From the NCBI RefSeq assembly GCF_006345805.1, contig NC_043026.1, positions 7,068,001 to 7,132,000 on the forward strand: 64,000 bases of DNA, given 5' to 3'. Source of the stretch: Octopus sinensis (taxonomy: Eukaryota). The number at the start of each line of letters is the position of its first letter. The first letter of the stretch is position 1. A program made the translations under genes and the position numbers. Below are positions 1-12,886 of this stretch, one piece after another. A model generated the notes under the pieces. That model ran no database searches and was not told the origin of the DNA. It saw nothing but the letters and a program-made list of their open reading frames with translations.

Positions 1-351
1 ACATGCGAGTGTATATCGATGCACACATGCATAAATAATATACGTATACTTGCATGTTTGTGTGTGTATATACATGTAATGAATCTATGCATATATGTGC
101 ACACAGCTATACTTGTATGTGCAGCAGTAATCCCTTGCCATATTGTGGGTCACTTATTGCAGTTTACTATTTACGCTTATGTAGGTTCCTCTGTGGGCCA
201 GTTTCCCAGTTTCCTTGGCGTATAGGTTCTCCACCTGGATGGGACGCCAGTCCTTCGCAGGTGAGCTGCAAGATGCAGGAGGCAAGAGTGAAAGTTGTGG
301 TAAAAGAGTCAGCAGAAGTTCGCCATTACCTTCTGCCGGAGCCGCGTGCAG

Positions 352-457
352 CGTAGGTGTTTCGCTCATAAACATACACATCGCCTGGTCTGAGATTCGA
401 ACCTGCGATCCCTCGACCACGAGTCTGCTGCTCTAACCACTAGGCCATGTGCCTCCA
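352..457 (-). mobile_element. tRNA-headed SINE (family E), 5' part
   Basis: Reverse complement reads TGGAGGCACATGGCCTAGTGGTTAGAGCAG...GGTTCGAATCTC (Pol III A and B boxes); similar to the copy at 17817. Confidence 0.65.
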
Positions 458-484
458 TACTTGGTGACTTGGTCAGTGTTGTGT

Positions 485-655
485 CATGTAAAAAAGGGTA
501 CCCTGTGCACCCTATAAAGTGGTTGGCATTAGGAAGGGCAACCAGCTGTAGAAACCAGGCCAGTATAGGCAACAAGGCTTGGTGCAGTCTTCCGGGTCGT
601 CATCTCCTGTCAAACCGTCCAACCCATGCCAGCATGGAAAATGGACATTAAAAGA
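485..655 (+). mobile_element. Family C repeat (RTE-like 3' tail), degenerate
   Basis: TGGTTGGCATTAGGAAGGGCA...CCGTCCAACCCATGCCAGCATGGAA motif shared with about 10 copies in the window. Confidence 0.7.
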
Positions 656-1174
656 CATTGACAATAGTCTCTCAACCCCTGGTACAGAACCACTGACCCC
701 TCCTGCCTTTGTCAAATATAAACCCTGTCCTGATTTAGTCAGTTTTTCCTTCTCCCTTTTCTCTTGCAAAATACGTAGGGACCTCATTGGTGCCACATAA
801 ATAAAAAGGCATATTCAATACTCTCTGTAATTGAACTCCCTACCTCATGATTGTGAGCCCAACACTAACCACTGAGCCATGCAAAACAAGAGAGGTGAGG
901 GACCAACAAACGAGGTGTATTAATTAATCTGACACTCAAACATAAACCCAACTCAAGTATTTTGGAATTTTATATGAAAGAACAACATTCTACAGCAAAT
1001 TTCTATTTTGTCTGCCATTCCACAAATGCTGCCGACCGATATTCCTACAATGTAGAAATATGTATCCATTATTAATGAGAGAGAACGGCTACTATGAGAC
1101 TGAAAAAAAATAGCAGCATGAGGCATATCTACACTTTAGGGCCCCAGAGACATTTATTCTCTGATAAATTATTT

Positions 1175-1577
1175 GGTTGCAGCCATGCTGGGGAACCACC
1201 TTAAAGAGTTGTTTAGTTGAAATCAACCTCAAGGAAATTCTTTGTAAGCCTAATACTTATTCTATCAGTCTCTTTTGTCAAGCCACTAAGTTATAGAGAC
1301 ATAAACACACCAACATCGGTTGTGAAGTGATGGTGGGGAGGCAAAAACAAAGACACACACAAACATATGTGTGTGTGTATGAAAATATATATATATATAT
1401 ACACACACAATAGGCTTCTTTCCGTTTCCTTTCCATTAACCAAATCTACTCACAAGGATTTGGTCAGCCTGAGGCTGATAGTAAAAGACACTTGTTCAAG
1501 GTACCATGCAGCAGGACTGAACTTGGAACAATGTGGTTAGAAAGCAATCAACTTACCACACAGCCAGGTCTGTGCAA
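1175..1577 (-). mobile_element. tRNA-headed SINE (family A), diverged
   Basis: Reverse-complement match to the copies at 15577 and 39367. Confidence 0.75.
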
Positions 1578-1971
1578 TTGTAAGAGAATTTTGAAGAAGC
1601 ACATTTAGGTGAGGGGGGTAGATTAGACTAAAATTCCTTTTAAAAAAAAACATGTTTTTTCCTAAATTTATCAGTGTAATCATAATCTACATCCTAGAAA
1701 CATCTCTCTGAAAAAACTTAATTAAAAAAATATGCATTCTTTTCAAGTTATGAAGGCATGAATTTGGTGGGGCATCAAACTGTAGTTATGCCCATGAATT
1801 CTCCACCAAAGCCACTATTTTTATTTCTATCTTTTGTCACTTCAAAGAGTTCTGAAGAGGCACAGACTTTGCCTGCGTTTTGGCTACAGGCTATGTGGGT
1901 GTTCCTGCTCCTATGCATAAATCAAGGTACCCGCTTCTCTCTTTTCCACAAACTCCATCAGAAACTGTTAT

Positions 1972-2335
1972 AGGCGCAGGCGTGGCTGTGTGGTAAGAAG
2001 CTTGCTTCCCAACCACATGGTTCTGGGTTCAGTCCCACTGCATGGCACCTTGGGCAAGTGTCTTCTACTATAGCCTTGGGCTGACCAAAGCTTTGTGAGT
2101 GGATTTGGTAGACGGAAACTGAAAGAAGCCCATCATATGTGTGTATGTTTGTCCCCCCCACCTCATCGCTTGACAACCAACGTTGGTGTGTTTACATCCC
2201 CATAACTTAGCAGCTCAGCAAAACAATAATAAGTACTAGGCATAGAAAGAATAAGTCCTGGGATTGATTTGTTCAACTAAAGGCAGTGCTCCAGCATGGC
2301 CACAGTCAAATGACTGAAACAAGCAAAAGAATAAC
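1972..2335 (+). mobile_element. tRNA-headed SINE (family A)
   Basis: GGCGCAGGCGTGGCTGTGTGGTAAG (A box), GGTTCAGTCCC (B box), internal TG tract, 3' AAATGACTGAAACAAG. Confidence 0.85.
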
Positions 2336-2557
2336 AGTAAGAAAAGAAGCCTCTATGTGGTTACAAAACATGCTAGAAATAGCAGTCAAATCTTCACATC
2401 ACTTTCTGAAGACAAAAGACACTTGAATACTGATGTAGTCCTAGATACACTTGCATATTAAATGAATTGGATACTGCCAACACTATCAGCTGCAACCAAA
2501 GAAGCAGCTTCTGCAAGAACTGCTAGCAATAGTAGCTGAATCTACCTCAAATCACAT

Positions 2558-2925
2558 TCTTTTACTTATTTCAGTCGTTTGATTGTGGCCAGGCTGGAGC
2601 ACCGCCTTGGGGGGTTTTAGCCAAATAAATCCACCCCAGGACTTCTTTTTTAAGCCTAGTACTTATTCCATTAGTCTTTTGCTGAACTGCTAAGTTGCAG
2701 GGGATGCAAACACACCAACACTGGTTGACAAACAGTGATGGGGCAACAAATATAGACACACAAATGTGTGTGTGTGTGTGTGTGTACATGGGCTTCTTTC
2801 AGTTTCCATCAACCAAATCCTCTCACAAGGCTTTGATCAGCCCAAGGGTGCCATGCAGTGGGACTGAACCCAGAACCATGTGGTTGGGAAGCAAGCTTCT
2901 TAGCACACATCCACGCCTGCACCTG
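2558..2925 (-). mobile_element. tRNA-headed SINE (family A), internal deletion
   Basis: Reverse-complement match to family A. Confidence 0.8.
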
Positions 2926-3019
2926 TGTGTAGAAAATAAGAGCCAATGGATATTGATGTAGTCCTAGGTAAACTTGTGTATGAAAATGAGAGACACCAGC
3001 AATACTGCCAACAACAGTC

Positions 3020-3490
3020 CAAACCGGTAGAAATAGCAGCCAAATCTTCCTCAAATCACTGAAGAAAATAAGACATTTACATAATGTACTCCAAGAAACA
3101 CTCGTGTATAAAAGGGGGTGGTCACAACTAGACCAACTTTGATCATAGGTCTGCTGGATCAGGACTAACCTTGGGCTAAAAGACAAAGAAGGATGCATTA
3201 GATAATTTTACTCCAAGATACATCATGCCTGAGTAAAAACAAAATGGGACAGTCTTAAATACTAGGTATAGGATATTAGATCTGACCTGGGGTTAAAATA
3301 ACAAGGAAGTACATATTAGATAATGTACTCTGAATGAAAAAAAGGATGGTCTTGACTCTTAGGGAACCGACCTAGGGTTAAATAACAAGGAAGTATGGTT
3401 CAGATGATGTACTTTGAAGATACATACACCTGGGATGGTTTTAAATGCTAGGTAAAGTGGATCAGGACTGACCCGGGGCTAAATAAGCTT
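3020..3490 (+). repeat. Degenerate tandem copies of the 126-bp module (family D)
   Basis: Repeated ATTAGATAATGTA...GGATCAGGACT...GGGCTAAA motifs, homologous to the 12887-14180 array. Confidence 0.65.
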
Positions 3491-3817
3491 TTAATACATT
3501 TCTCCCTCCACCCCCACGGCCACCACACCTTTGGAAGTGTCTTAATGAAGTGCGTTCCGCTCCTATCAAACCGGGTAAAGACATTAGTTATGTATCTGGG
3601 GTAGAGTGCGAGGGGATGGACGGAGGGGTAAGGCAATCAGTTTTTATCATCAGAGTGATTACGTTACATGGTATGGGGGTTTGCAGGATCAGCACCTACC
3701 TGGGGTTAAAACAACAACGCCGGCAGCGAACGTGACTGCATTATCTCTAGAAGCTGGAAACACAGGGCTTTCATAAACGCAGGAAGACGGACGGATGAAT
3801 GGAAACGAATGGATGTC

Positions 3818-4021
3818 TGCGGTGAGCTGGCAGAAACGTTAGCAATGCCGGGCGAAATGCCTAGAGGTATTTCGTCTGCTGCTACGTTCTGAGTTCAAAT
3901 TCCGCCGAGGTCGACATTGCCTTTCATCCTTTCGGGGTCGATTAAATAAGTACCAGTTACACATTGGGATCGATATAATCGACTTAATCCGTTTGTCCTC
4001 TCTGTGTTTAAAGAAATAGGA
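3818..4021 (+). mobile_element. SINE family B
   Basis: GAGCTGGCAGAAACGTTAGC...GAGTTCAAATTCC (B box)...GCCTTTCATCCTTTCGGGGTCGAT...AAGAAATAGG. Confidence 0.85.
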
Positions 4022-4059
4022 TATCTGCACACACACACACACACATACGCCGTCTGACA

Positions 4060-4435
4060 TGAACCCTACTTGTGGAGACCTGTTGAGGCAAGTGAAAATC
4101 AAAATCTTTCAACATCAATGGAAATTGTAGCTGTGATACCGTCCGAACGTGGCCGTTGCCAGCGCCGCCCCGACTGGCCTCCATGCCGGTGTCACATAAA
4201 AAGCACCATCCGATTGTGGCCGTTGCCAGCCTCGTCTGGCACCTGCGCAGGTGGCACATAAAAAGCACCCACTACACTCTCGGAGTGGTTGGCGTTAGGA
4301 AGGGCATCCAGCTGTAGAAACACTGCCAGATCAGACTGGAGCCTGGTGCAGCCTCCTGGCTTCCCAGACCCCAGTTGAACCGTCCAACCCATGCTAGCAT
4401 GGAAAACGGATGCTAAACGATGATGATGATGATGT
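4060..4435 (+). mobile_element. Family C repeat with internal GGCACATAAAAAGCACC units and (GAT)n tail
   Basis: Matches 27050-27540; (GAT)n tail typical of RTE-dependent elements. Confidence 0.8.
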
Positions 4436-4652
4436 ACAACATTAATTTCCCAAGACCGTTCCAGATAAATGAGTTTTTATCTCTCTTCCAAACTACAGAA
4501 AATACATGTTTCTAGGTCAATGTGTTCCAAATTAAATATTAAATTTACTTAAATAATTAAACGACCCACAGGTACCTGGACAATTAGTGTAAATTCTAAA
4601 AAGGCAGCAGACCGTCACTGCATGGAAAGTCTGTGCTGAATCTGAATGGATT

Positions 4653-4976
4653 CTTTTACTCTCTTACTCATGTCAGTCATTTGACTATGGCCATGCTGGA
4701 GCACTGCCAAGAAGGGACGTCTTTTTTAAGCCTAGTACTTATTCTATTGGTCTCTTTTGCCAAACCGTTAAGTTACAGGGGATGTAAACACACCAACACA
4801 GTTGTCAAGCAGTGATGAGGGGACAAACATATTTAAATATCTACATATATGGATAGATAGATATACAACAGGCTTCTTACAGTTTCCATCTACCTATTCC
4901 ACTCACAAGGCTTTGGTCAGCCCGAGGCTGTGGTTGGGAAGCAAGCTTCTTACCACACAGCCACGCCCACAACCTA
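4653..4976 (-). mobile_element. SINE family A
   Basis: Reverse-complement match; head-to-head with the next copy. Confidence 0.8.
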
Positions 4977-5011
4977 TGTATGTATATTTTATATAAACTG
5001 CTGCAAGTTTA

Positions 5012-5178
5012 TAGGCGCAGGAGTGGCTGTGTGGTAAGAAGCTTGCTTACCAACCACATGGTTCCGGGTTCAGTCCCACTGCATGGCACCTTGGGCAAGT
5101 GTCTTCTACTATAGCCTCACGCCGACTAAAGCCTTGTGAGTGAAATAGGTAGATGGAAACTGAAAGAAGCCCATCGTG

Positions 5179-5233
<55 letters not shown>

Positions 5234-5402
5234 CCCCCCCCCCAACATCGCTTGACAACCGATGCTGGTGTGTTTACGTCCCCGTAACTTAGCAGTTTGG
5301 CAAAAGAGACATAGAATAAGTACTAGGCTTACAAAGAATAAAGGGGGTGCTCCAGCATGGCCGCAGTCAAATGACTGAAACAAGTAAAAAACAAAAAAAA
5401 GA
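5012..5402 (+). mobile_element. SINE family A
   Basis: Near full length with A/B boxes and internal (TA)(TG) tract. Confidence 0.85.
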
Positions 5403-5859
5403 ATATATATATATCACCATTTAACGTCTGTCTTCCATGCTGGCATGGGTTGGACGGTTTGCCAGAAGCTGACAAGCCAGAGGAATTGTGCAAGTTATCC
5501 ATTTTGGCAGAGGTTCAACAGCTGGTTCCTCATCCTCGTCAAACACCTGTCTTTCGTGCTGGCTTGGGTTGGACCGTTTGACAGGAACTGGCCAAGCCAG
5601 GAGTGACGCCAAGCAGAAGTTGTCTACTTTGGGATGGTTTCTACTTTTAGGTGCCCTTCCTAATGCCAACCGCTTTACAGAATATTCTGGGTGTGCTCTT
5701 ACCATGGTACTAGCACCATCAAGAATGCCAAATTACTTGTCAGACAAAGACTTCTCACCTGGGAGAAGGAGTGGAACCGAGGGTGGTGGCTTTGTGCCAA
5801 TCGAGAGGTGAGACTATAATAGAGGGATAGAGATAGGGGCCATACTTTAGAGGGGATAT

Positions 5860-6092
5860 ATTTCTTTACTATCCACAAGGGGCTCAACATAGAGGGGACA
5901 AACAAGGACAGACAAAGGGATTAAGTCGATTACATTGACCCCCAGTGCATCGGTGGTACTTAATTTATCGACCCCGAAAGGATGAAAGGCAAAGTCGACC
6001 TCGAGGGGAGTTTGAACTTAGAACGTAACAGCAGACGAAATACCGCTTAGCATTTCGCCCGGCGTGCTAACATGTCTGCCAGCTCGTCACCT
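5860..6092 (-). mobile_element. SINE family B
   Basis: Reverse-complement match to family B. Confidence 0.85.
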
Positions 6093-6682
6093 TTTAGAGG
6101 AGATATTTGGCTACCCCAGTAGGAAGAGTTAGAAGGATACACAGCGAGAGAGAAGTAGGTGGGTGTTAGAGATGCATCAGGACCTAGCCACAGGTAATAC
6201 AAAAGGTTCAGAGGGAGATGTTCTTTTCTAATGCCAACCACTTTATAGAGTGCACTGGGTGCTTTTTACGTGGTGCCAGTGGAATCACCAACTTGCCAGA
6301 TAAGGCACCCCTGGCCCCCACCCTGTAACTGAAACAGGAAGAAGTAACTGAGAGTGGGGTGGCTCTTTGCCAGGTGATGAAAGATTAAGGTACAACAACA
6401 GGAAGAGAAACAGGTATCTTGTCGTAGGGGAGATGCTTGATCCCAGATGGGATAAGGGACAGGAGAGAGAGAAAACTGCTGGGGCACCCAACAGGGTATA
6501 GGGAGAGGAATACATTACATACACAAGAAAATGAGATGACAAACAAATAAACAAGTATCTTATGCATTCCATTAGCTTACAGTTGTTTCTGCTACAGGTT
6601 GCAGTGGACTCATAGTGGAGTGCCTGAGAAACATCTTGTGGCTTCATCAAAGCCTCAAACAAAGTGTGTATATGTATATACA

Positions 6683-6904
6683 TACAAGGAGTTGCTGAAA
6701 AGTTCCAGGCTTTAAGGATATTGTGAAAGGCCTGGTTGGAGGCCCAACCTGAGTTCTTTTACAGGGCTTAGAAAAACTGAAGTACTCTTGCAATAAGTGT
6801 GTGAACCTGAGAGGGGAATATGTTGGATAAAATCGTAATTAACTGACCCCATCCCCCTGTATTTTCTTTTAATCAAAGCCAGGATCTTTTCAGCAGCCTT
6901 CATA
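6683..6904 (+). mobile_element. Non-autonomous mariner derivative (MITE-like)
   Basis: Imperfect ~30-bp TIRs (GTTGCTGAAAAGTTCCAGGCTTT / AAAGCCAGGATCTTTTCAGCAGC), TA flanks; interior encodes FFTGLEKL..CNKCVNLRGEYV*, resembling a mariner transposase C-terminus. Confidence 0.75.
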
Positions 6905-7454
6905 TATAGTGTTTGTCCCTCTTGACTGAGTCCTTATAATTTTCTGAAATTCATTTTTTTTTTTATGGTCTTTTTAACCAAAATTTTGCAAAGATATTTT
7001 CTCAAAGGAGCACATTACAATTAGGTCGATAATATTAAATTCTTTTGCAGGACTTTCGATTATCTCCCCCCCCCCCGTCTCAACTTTGTTTCCTCATAAC
7101 ACTCGAAAAAATACACATTTTCGAAAGATATCTTACAGAAATACGTTTTCCAGAGACTGAATTACGTAATATTGGTGTTTTAAAGAGAGATACCTGAGGG
7201 GGTGGGGGGAAATCGCGAAAAATTGCTGAAATTACAGAAATTGGTAGAAACAAAGCCGTAATGGGCGTAGGGAAGAAGGAAGATCCAAAACTATTCCCTC
7301 AACAATTTCTGGGTATCTTCTTTTATATTTTATCAACTTAATCATAATCTACACCTTCAAGGGCATATATCTGCAAAATTTGATTTAAAATTATGGATTT
7401 TTCCGTAAGCGATGAAGAAAAATGCATTGGGGCACTAATCTGCAGTTATGCCTT

Positions 7455-7497
<43 letters not shown>

Positions 7498-8152
7498 CCA
7501 CACATAGGCATAAACATACGCATATTTCATTTTTATATTTGGTTTGCAAGATATATACACACACACACACACATATATATATATACATACACACCTAAAC
7601 ATATGTATATAATTATAAACAGATATATATCTACACACACAAATATTTATATATACATACTTGACAAACATACATTTCATTTTTGCATTTGGCTCGCATA
7701 ATTATGTTTATATACACCAGGGAGTTCTAAAGCAAATTCTATCGTAGAAAAATGCCATTTTCACAATTCCAGAAACACGAAAAACTGGAATTGGCTTTTT
7801 TTTTTCTTTTTCTCTTTGAGACTTTTTTTATTCCTTGAGGTGTGGCAGATAACGTGACCTCGGCATTGACACGAGGCCCCCGCGAGGGCAGAAGGAGGGT
7901 AGGGGTAATGCGTGTCGGTGACCCAGGGTCACGATTGGGCAACGACAATTTGGGTCGCACAAGAATTCAATGATTGACATTCAACAGCCTTCGTGTTGCA
8001 CGTCTGTTTTTAATTGGTTAAAACTGGCTCTACCACGAGTTCATTGATATACACACACAATGTTGTGTATACTAGTGCCAAGATGCTCTGGAATGCATTG
8101 TCAGCGATGCTCTTAGGGCTCTCCAAATTGCCCCCCATCCCCATGCCATTGC

Positions 8153-8211
<59 letters not shown>

Positions 8212-8287
8212 GACATATGCACAAACTGTATATAAATACACTATATAAATATATACATATATTCGTTAGGCCTTACCGAAGATATAT

Positions 8288-8432
8288 ATTTCTTTACTAC
8301 CCACAAGGGGCTAAACACAGAGGGGACAAACAAGGACAGACGAAGGGATTTAGTCGATTACATCGATCCCAGTGCGTAACTGGTACTTAATTTATCGACC
8401 CCGAAAGGATGAAAGGCAAAGTCGACCACGGC
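8288..8432 (-). mobile_element. SINE family B, 5'-truncated
   Basis: 3' half of family B, reverse complement. Confidence 0.8.
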
Positions 8433-8937
8433 ACAGATACATGCTATATATATGCGTACACAATATGTATACACACGCTACGTACACACTATATACACAT
8501 ACTACACACACATATATATATACACCCTCACATTGCCCTAAGAAGGGCACGACTCCAAAGAGAGATTCCTGTGTTCATTTATAAAGAGACAATCTATACA
8601 CGCGCGCGAACAAAGGGGAGCTATGTGATGTGTATATACGTATGCGTCTACTTATATATATATACACATTTATATACACACACGAACTTCATATATGCAT
8701 AGGAAAGGTGTAATGCATTAGTATGTATATATCCTGAATAAATGCGTGTATGTAGAAGGGAGAAGTGCGTGCTTATGTATGTATTATAAGGTGTACTTTG
8801 CAGGTCACATGCGCATCGTATGTGTATATGTATATACATACACATGTGTGTATAAAGACGGCGATGAATAATGTGTGAGTCACTGCTTCTTCATGGGGTT
8901 GTAGACGTGTGTGTGTATATATATATATATATTATAT

Positions 8938-8969
<32 letters not shown>

Positions 8970-10066
8970 CATACACTTTCGGAAGTGTATATTATGACTT
9001 CTCTAAGTGGATGTATGTATGTGTGTGTATGTCGCGGTTGCAATGACTTAACGAGTGTGTGTGTGTATAATACACATATATATGTGTGTGTGTGTGTATG
9101 TTTACTATATATAGAGATAGATAGAGTGACAGATATAGTGCGAGAGAGAGACAGAGAGATAATAGATGGAGAAAAAGACACGAATTTAGGAAGGGAAAAA
9201 AGGAGAGAGAGAGAAAGATGTGAAGATAGAAGCGGAAAGAAAAGCAGGGAGATAGAGGGAGGGGCACAGAGAGAGAGAGAGATGAAGAGTGAGAGAGACA
9301 AGCAGAGGGGAAGAGAGAGAGAGAGAGAGATATAAGCAAATAGTGAGAGGGATATATATATATTGAGAGAGAGAGAGATACAATAACAAAAGGAGAGAAG
9401 CAGGCAGAGAAGAAAAGAGAGAGAAAGGATAGAAAGACATATAGAGACAGATAGATAGATATATAAATATACAGAGAGAGAGAGAGAGAGGGGGGGGGAA
9501 GATATGCGTGTGGGTAACGGATTCTGTGAAGTATAGGCAAGTATAGGTATGTGTATGTCAGGATTCTTGTGAAGCTACCCATATGTATGAATGTGTGTAT
9601 GTATGTATGTATATACATATATATGTGTGTATATGGGTGGCGGGGGCTTGAGCGTGTGTGTGGTACGGTTTCCTGTCTGCGAGATATTTTTGGTAAAAAG
9701 ATTCCAGCAAAAGGGAAGGGTATACATACACTCACACACACACACACACAGAAAGACAGATAGACAGACAGGTGATCTATCCCTCCTTACATATATTATA
9801 TACACATATGCATATATAATTATATACGTATATATGTATACATACATTTATTTTGTGGCGGTGCAATTGCCATATATACAGCGACAGTACCTGCGTACTT
9901 ATTTACATATGAATGTATGTGTATATATATACATTCGTAATGGCCCTTCAAGTGATATGTATACACCAATGTATGTATAATGGCAAATAGAGAATGTTAA
10001 AAATTGCAACATATATATATACACAAAGTAATTTAGGATTGAAATTCACATACATATATATGCATG

Positions 10067-10101
<35 letters not shown>

Positions 10102-10699
10102 CTCGCACATACCAAACAAACGCTTGAATATACACCCCTACAGACACACACATCTGTATACAAACGCATATATATATATATATACACACACAAGCGGATA
10201 TATAAACACATATATGCGTACAGAAACGCATACAGGTTAATATATATGCATATGTGCATGTATATATACGCTTGCGTACATAACGAACGCTGAACTGAAA
10301 TATATATATATTGACAAATACATATATACACACCCTTCGGGAACAACAGTTGTAAGCAGCCCTCGAGACGTGAAACAGCCCCAGCAATTCAAACCCCAGA
10401 AAAAGACAATAAAAACGAAAGCACCACAATATATACACCCGAACTCAAATATATATAGATCATATAACTGTATACACAAATCCGATGTATAATTAGAGAG
10501 AGAGAGGGGGTTGTTAATTACATGAAAACGGAAAAACTAATTAATGAAATTTGAACTTACCGAGAAAATATTAAATATAAATGTGTTTATATGTATATAC
10601 ATACATATATATATATATACGCGATCGCGTAGGTGTGTATATATATATGTATATATATGACAAAATAATTAAAAAAAAAACCCGCGAAGCAAAAAGGGG

Positions 10700-11150
10700 C
10701 ACCGACCAAACTGTAAGAATCTCACATAAAAAGTCTGCGCACTCGCCTGACGTCACACCGGAAGACTGCCTCCCCTTCACTCACTCAGCCTCCACTCAAC
10801 TCGGCTCCGTCTTCTTAACCTTCACTCTTTCTTCATCGCTTGCCCTTCCTCCTTCTTCTTCCACCCTCCCCCTCTCTCCTTCTGCCTGTTGTTGTCTTCA
10901 ACAAGTTACATTTCACACTCACAGTTCTTACTCATTGTCGCACACGCGCGCCGCCCTTGCGCTCCTGCTAATCAGGCAGTTCTGGTTTGGTTCGGTTTCG
11001 TTTCGTTTCGTGGGTTTGCTATAACGTTCAGTGAGCACATATGCATTTTAGCTGTGGGAATCCACAATTCTCGTTATTTTTCATTTTCATTCTTTTAATT
11101 TCTCTGTTTTTTTTTTGTTTCTCCTGCGGATCCGATGTTTGATATAAAAC
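10700..11150. promoter_or_regulatory. Candidate promoter / 5' exon island with CRE site
   Basis: Non-repetitive, CpG-enriched island; perfect TGACGTCA at 10748-10755; pyrimidine-rich tract and CGCGCGCCGCCC. Confidence 0.3.
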
Positions 11151-11174
11151 AAGTGATGTATGTGTGTGTGTCTG

Positions 11175-11195
11175 TCTGTCTATCTATCTATCTCA

Positions 11196-11241
<46 letters not shown>

Positions 11242-11268
11242 GTCTGTCTACCTATCCATCTTTCTATT

Positions 11269-11300
<32 letters not shown>

Positions 11301-11435
11301 TTGATAGATAGAGAGAGAGAGTGAGCAAGATAGGTAGGGATAGACAGACAGACAGATAGATAGCTAGATAGATAGATTGATAGATAGATAGATAGATGGA
11401 TGGATGGATGGATGGATGGATGGATACAAAGAGAG

Positions 11436-11475
<40 letters not shown>

Positions 11476-11970
11476 GGATGGATGGATGGATGGATACAGA
11501 GAGATAGATAGATAGGTAGATAGATAGATAGATAGATGGATGGATGGATGGATGGATACAGAGAGAGAGATAGATAGAGATAGATAGATAGATGGATAGA
11601 TAGACCAACAGACAGACAGGTAGATAGATAGATAATGAGAGAGAGAGAGAGAGAGCAAGATAGGTAGAGACAGATAGATAACTTTATTGGCCAAACAGAG
11701 GGGACAAATACAAATGTAGAATTTTTCTTTTCAAAAATGAAAAAGAAAAAGGAAAAAAAGGAACAAATGTAAAATTCCAATCAAAAGGGTTCGGGGGAAA
11801 AAATAAAAAAATAAAATAAAAAGAATGAGATAGATAAATAAATGATGAGAGAGAGAGAGAAAGTGATAGACAGATAGATAGATAGATAGATGGATAGATA
11901 GATAGATAGATAGATAGATAGGTAGATGGATGGATAGATATAGATAGACAGATAGATAGATAGATAGATG
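11175..11970. repeat. (TATC)n followed by (GATA)n/(GGAT)n microsatellites
   Basis: Direct inspection. Confidence 0.9.
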
Positions 11971-12034
11971 AGAGAGAGAGAGAGAGAAATTGATATAGAC
12001 AGATAGAGGGGGAGAAAGATATCTCTTATCTTTT

Positions 12035-12396
12035 CCCTTTTGTTAGTTTCAGTCCTTTGACTGCGGCCAAGCAAACAACCCCAGGAATTATTCTTTGTAA
12101 GCCTAGAACTTATTCTATCGATCTCTTTTGATGAACCGCTAAGTGACGGGCACATAAACACACCAACATCGGTTGTCAAGTGGGGCAACAAACACAGATA
12201 TGCACACAAACACACACACACATATATATACAATGGGCTTCTTTCAGTTTCCATCTACCACATCCACTCACAAGCCTTTGGTCAGCCCGGGGCTAAAGTA
12301 GAAGACATTTGCCCAAGGTGCCATGCTGTAGGACTGAACCTGCAACCATGTGGTTGGGAAGCAAGCTACTTACCATGCAGCCACTCCTGCACCTAT
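12035..12396 (-). mobile_element. SINE family A
   Basis: Reverse-complement match. Confidence 0.85.
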
Positions 12397-12473
12397 ACAT
12401 ATGTATATATATATATATATATACATACATATATATATATATACAGATATATATATATATATATATATACAGA

Positions 12474-12528
<55 letters not shown>

Positions 12529-12530
12529 AT

Positions 12531-12760
12531 AGAAATATTAAAATTTCTAAGTCTCTCTAAAGGAGACTACGGCAGCGGTACTGGATATTCATAGTTATAT
12601 CCAAGCTAATATGGCAGTCCAGAAATATAGGATGAATGCTGCCATTGATTAGCTCCAAGAGGTCATCGCCTCTAGCTAGCTATGTGACACACAAACCTGT
12701 GTCCATTTTAACCCACTGCGATAGTCTCCTTTAGAGAGACTTAGAAATTTTAATATTTCT
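12531..12760. mobile_element. Foldback element with perfect 39-bp inverted repeats
   Basis: 12531-12569 is the exact reverse complement of 12722-12760; abuts a (TA)n tract. Confidence 0.7.
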
Positions 12761-12886
12761 TCCTTACCTACCCACCTGTACACTAAATGTCTCCGGTTAA
12801 ATCCCTCCCCTTCCCTGCTTCCACCTCTACCTCCCACTCTCCTTTCGAAATCTTATGAACTCCCCCACCAAAATACCCCCTTTATT

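Noticed and set aside
8871-12560. Numerous YIYI/HTHT/LSIY ORFs here and elsewhere
   Set aside because: Microsatellite translations
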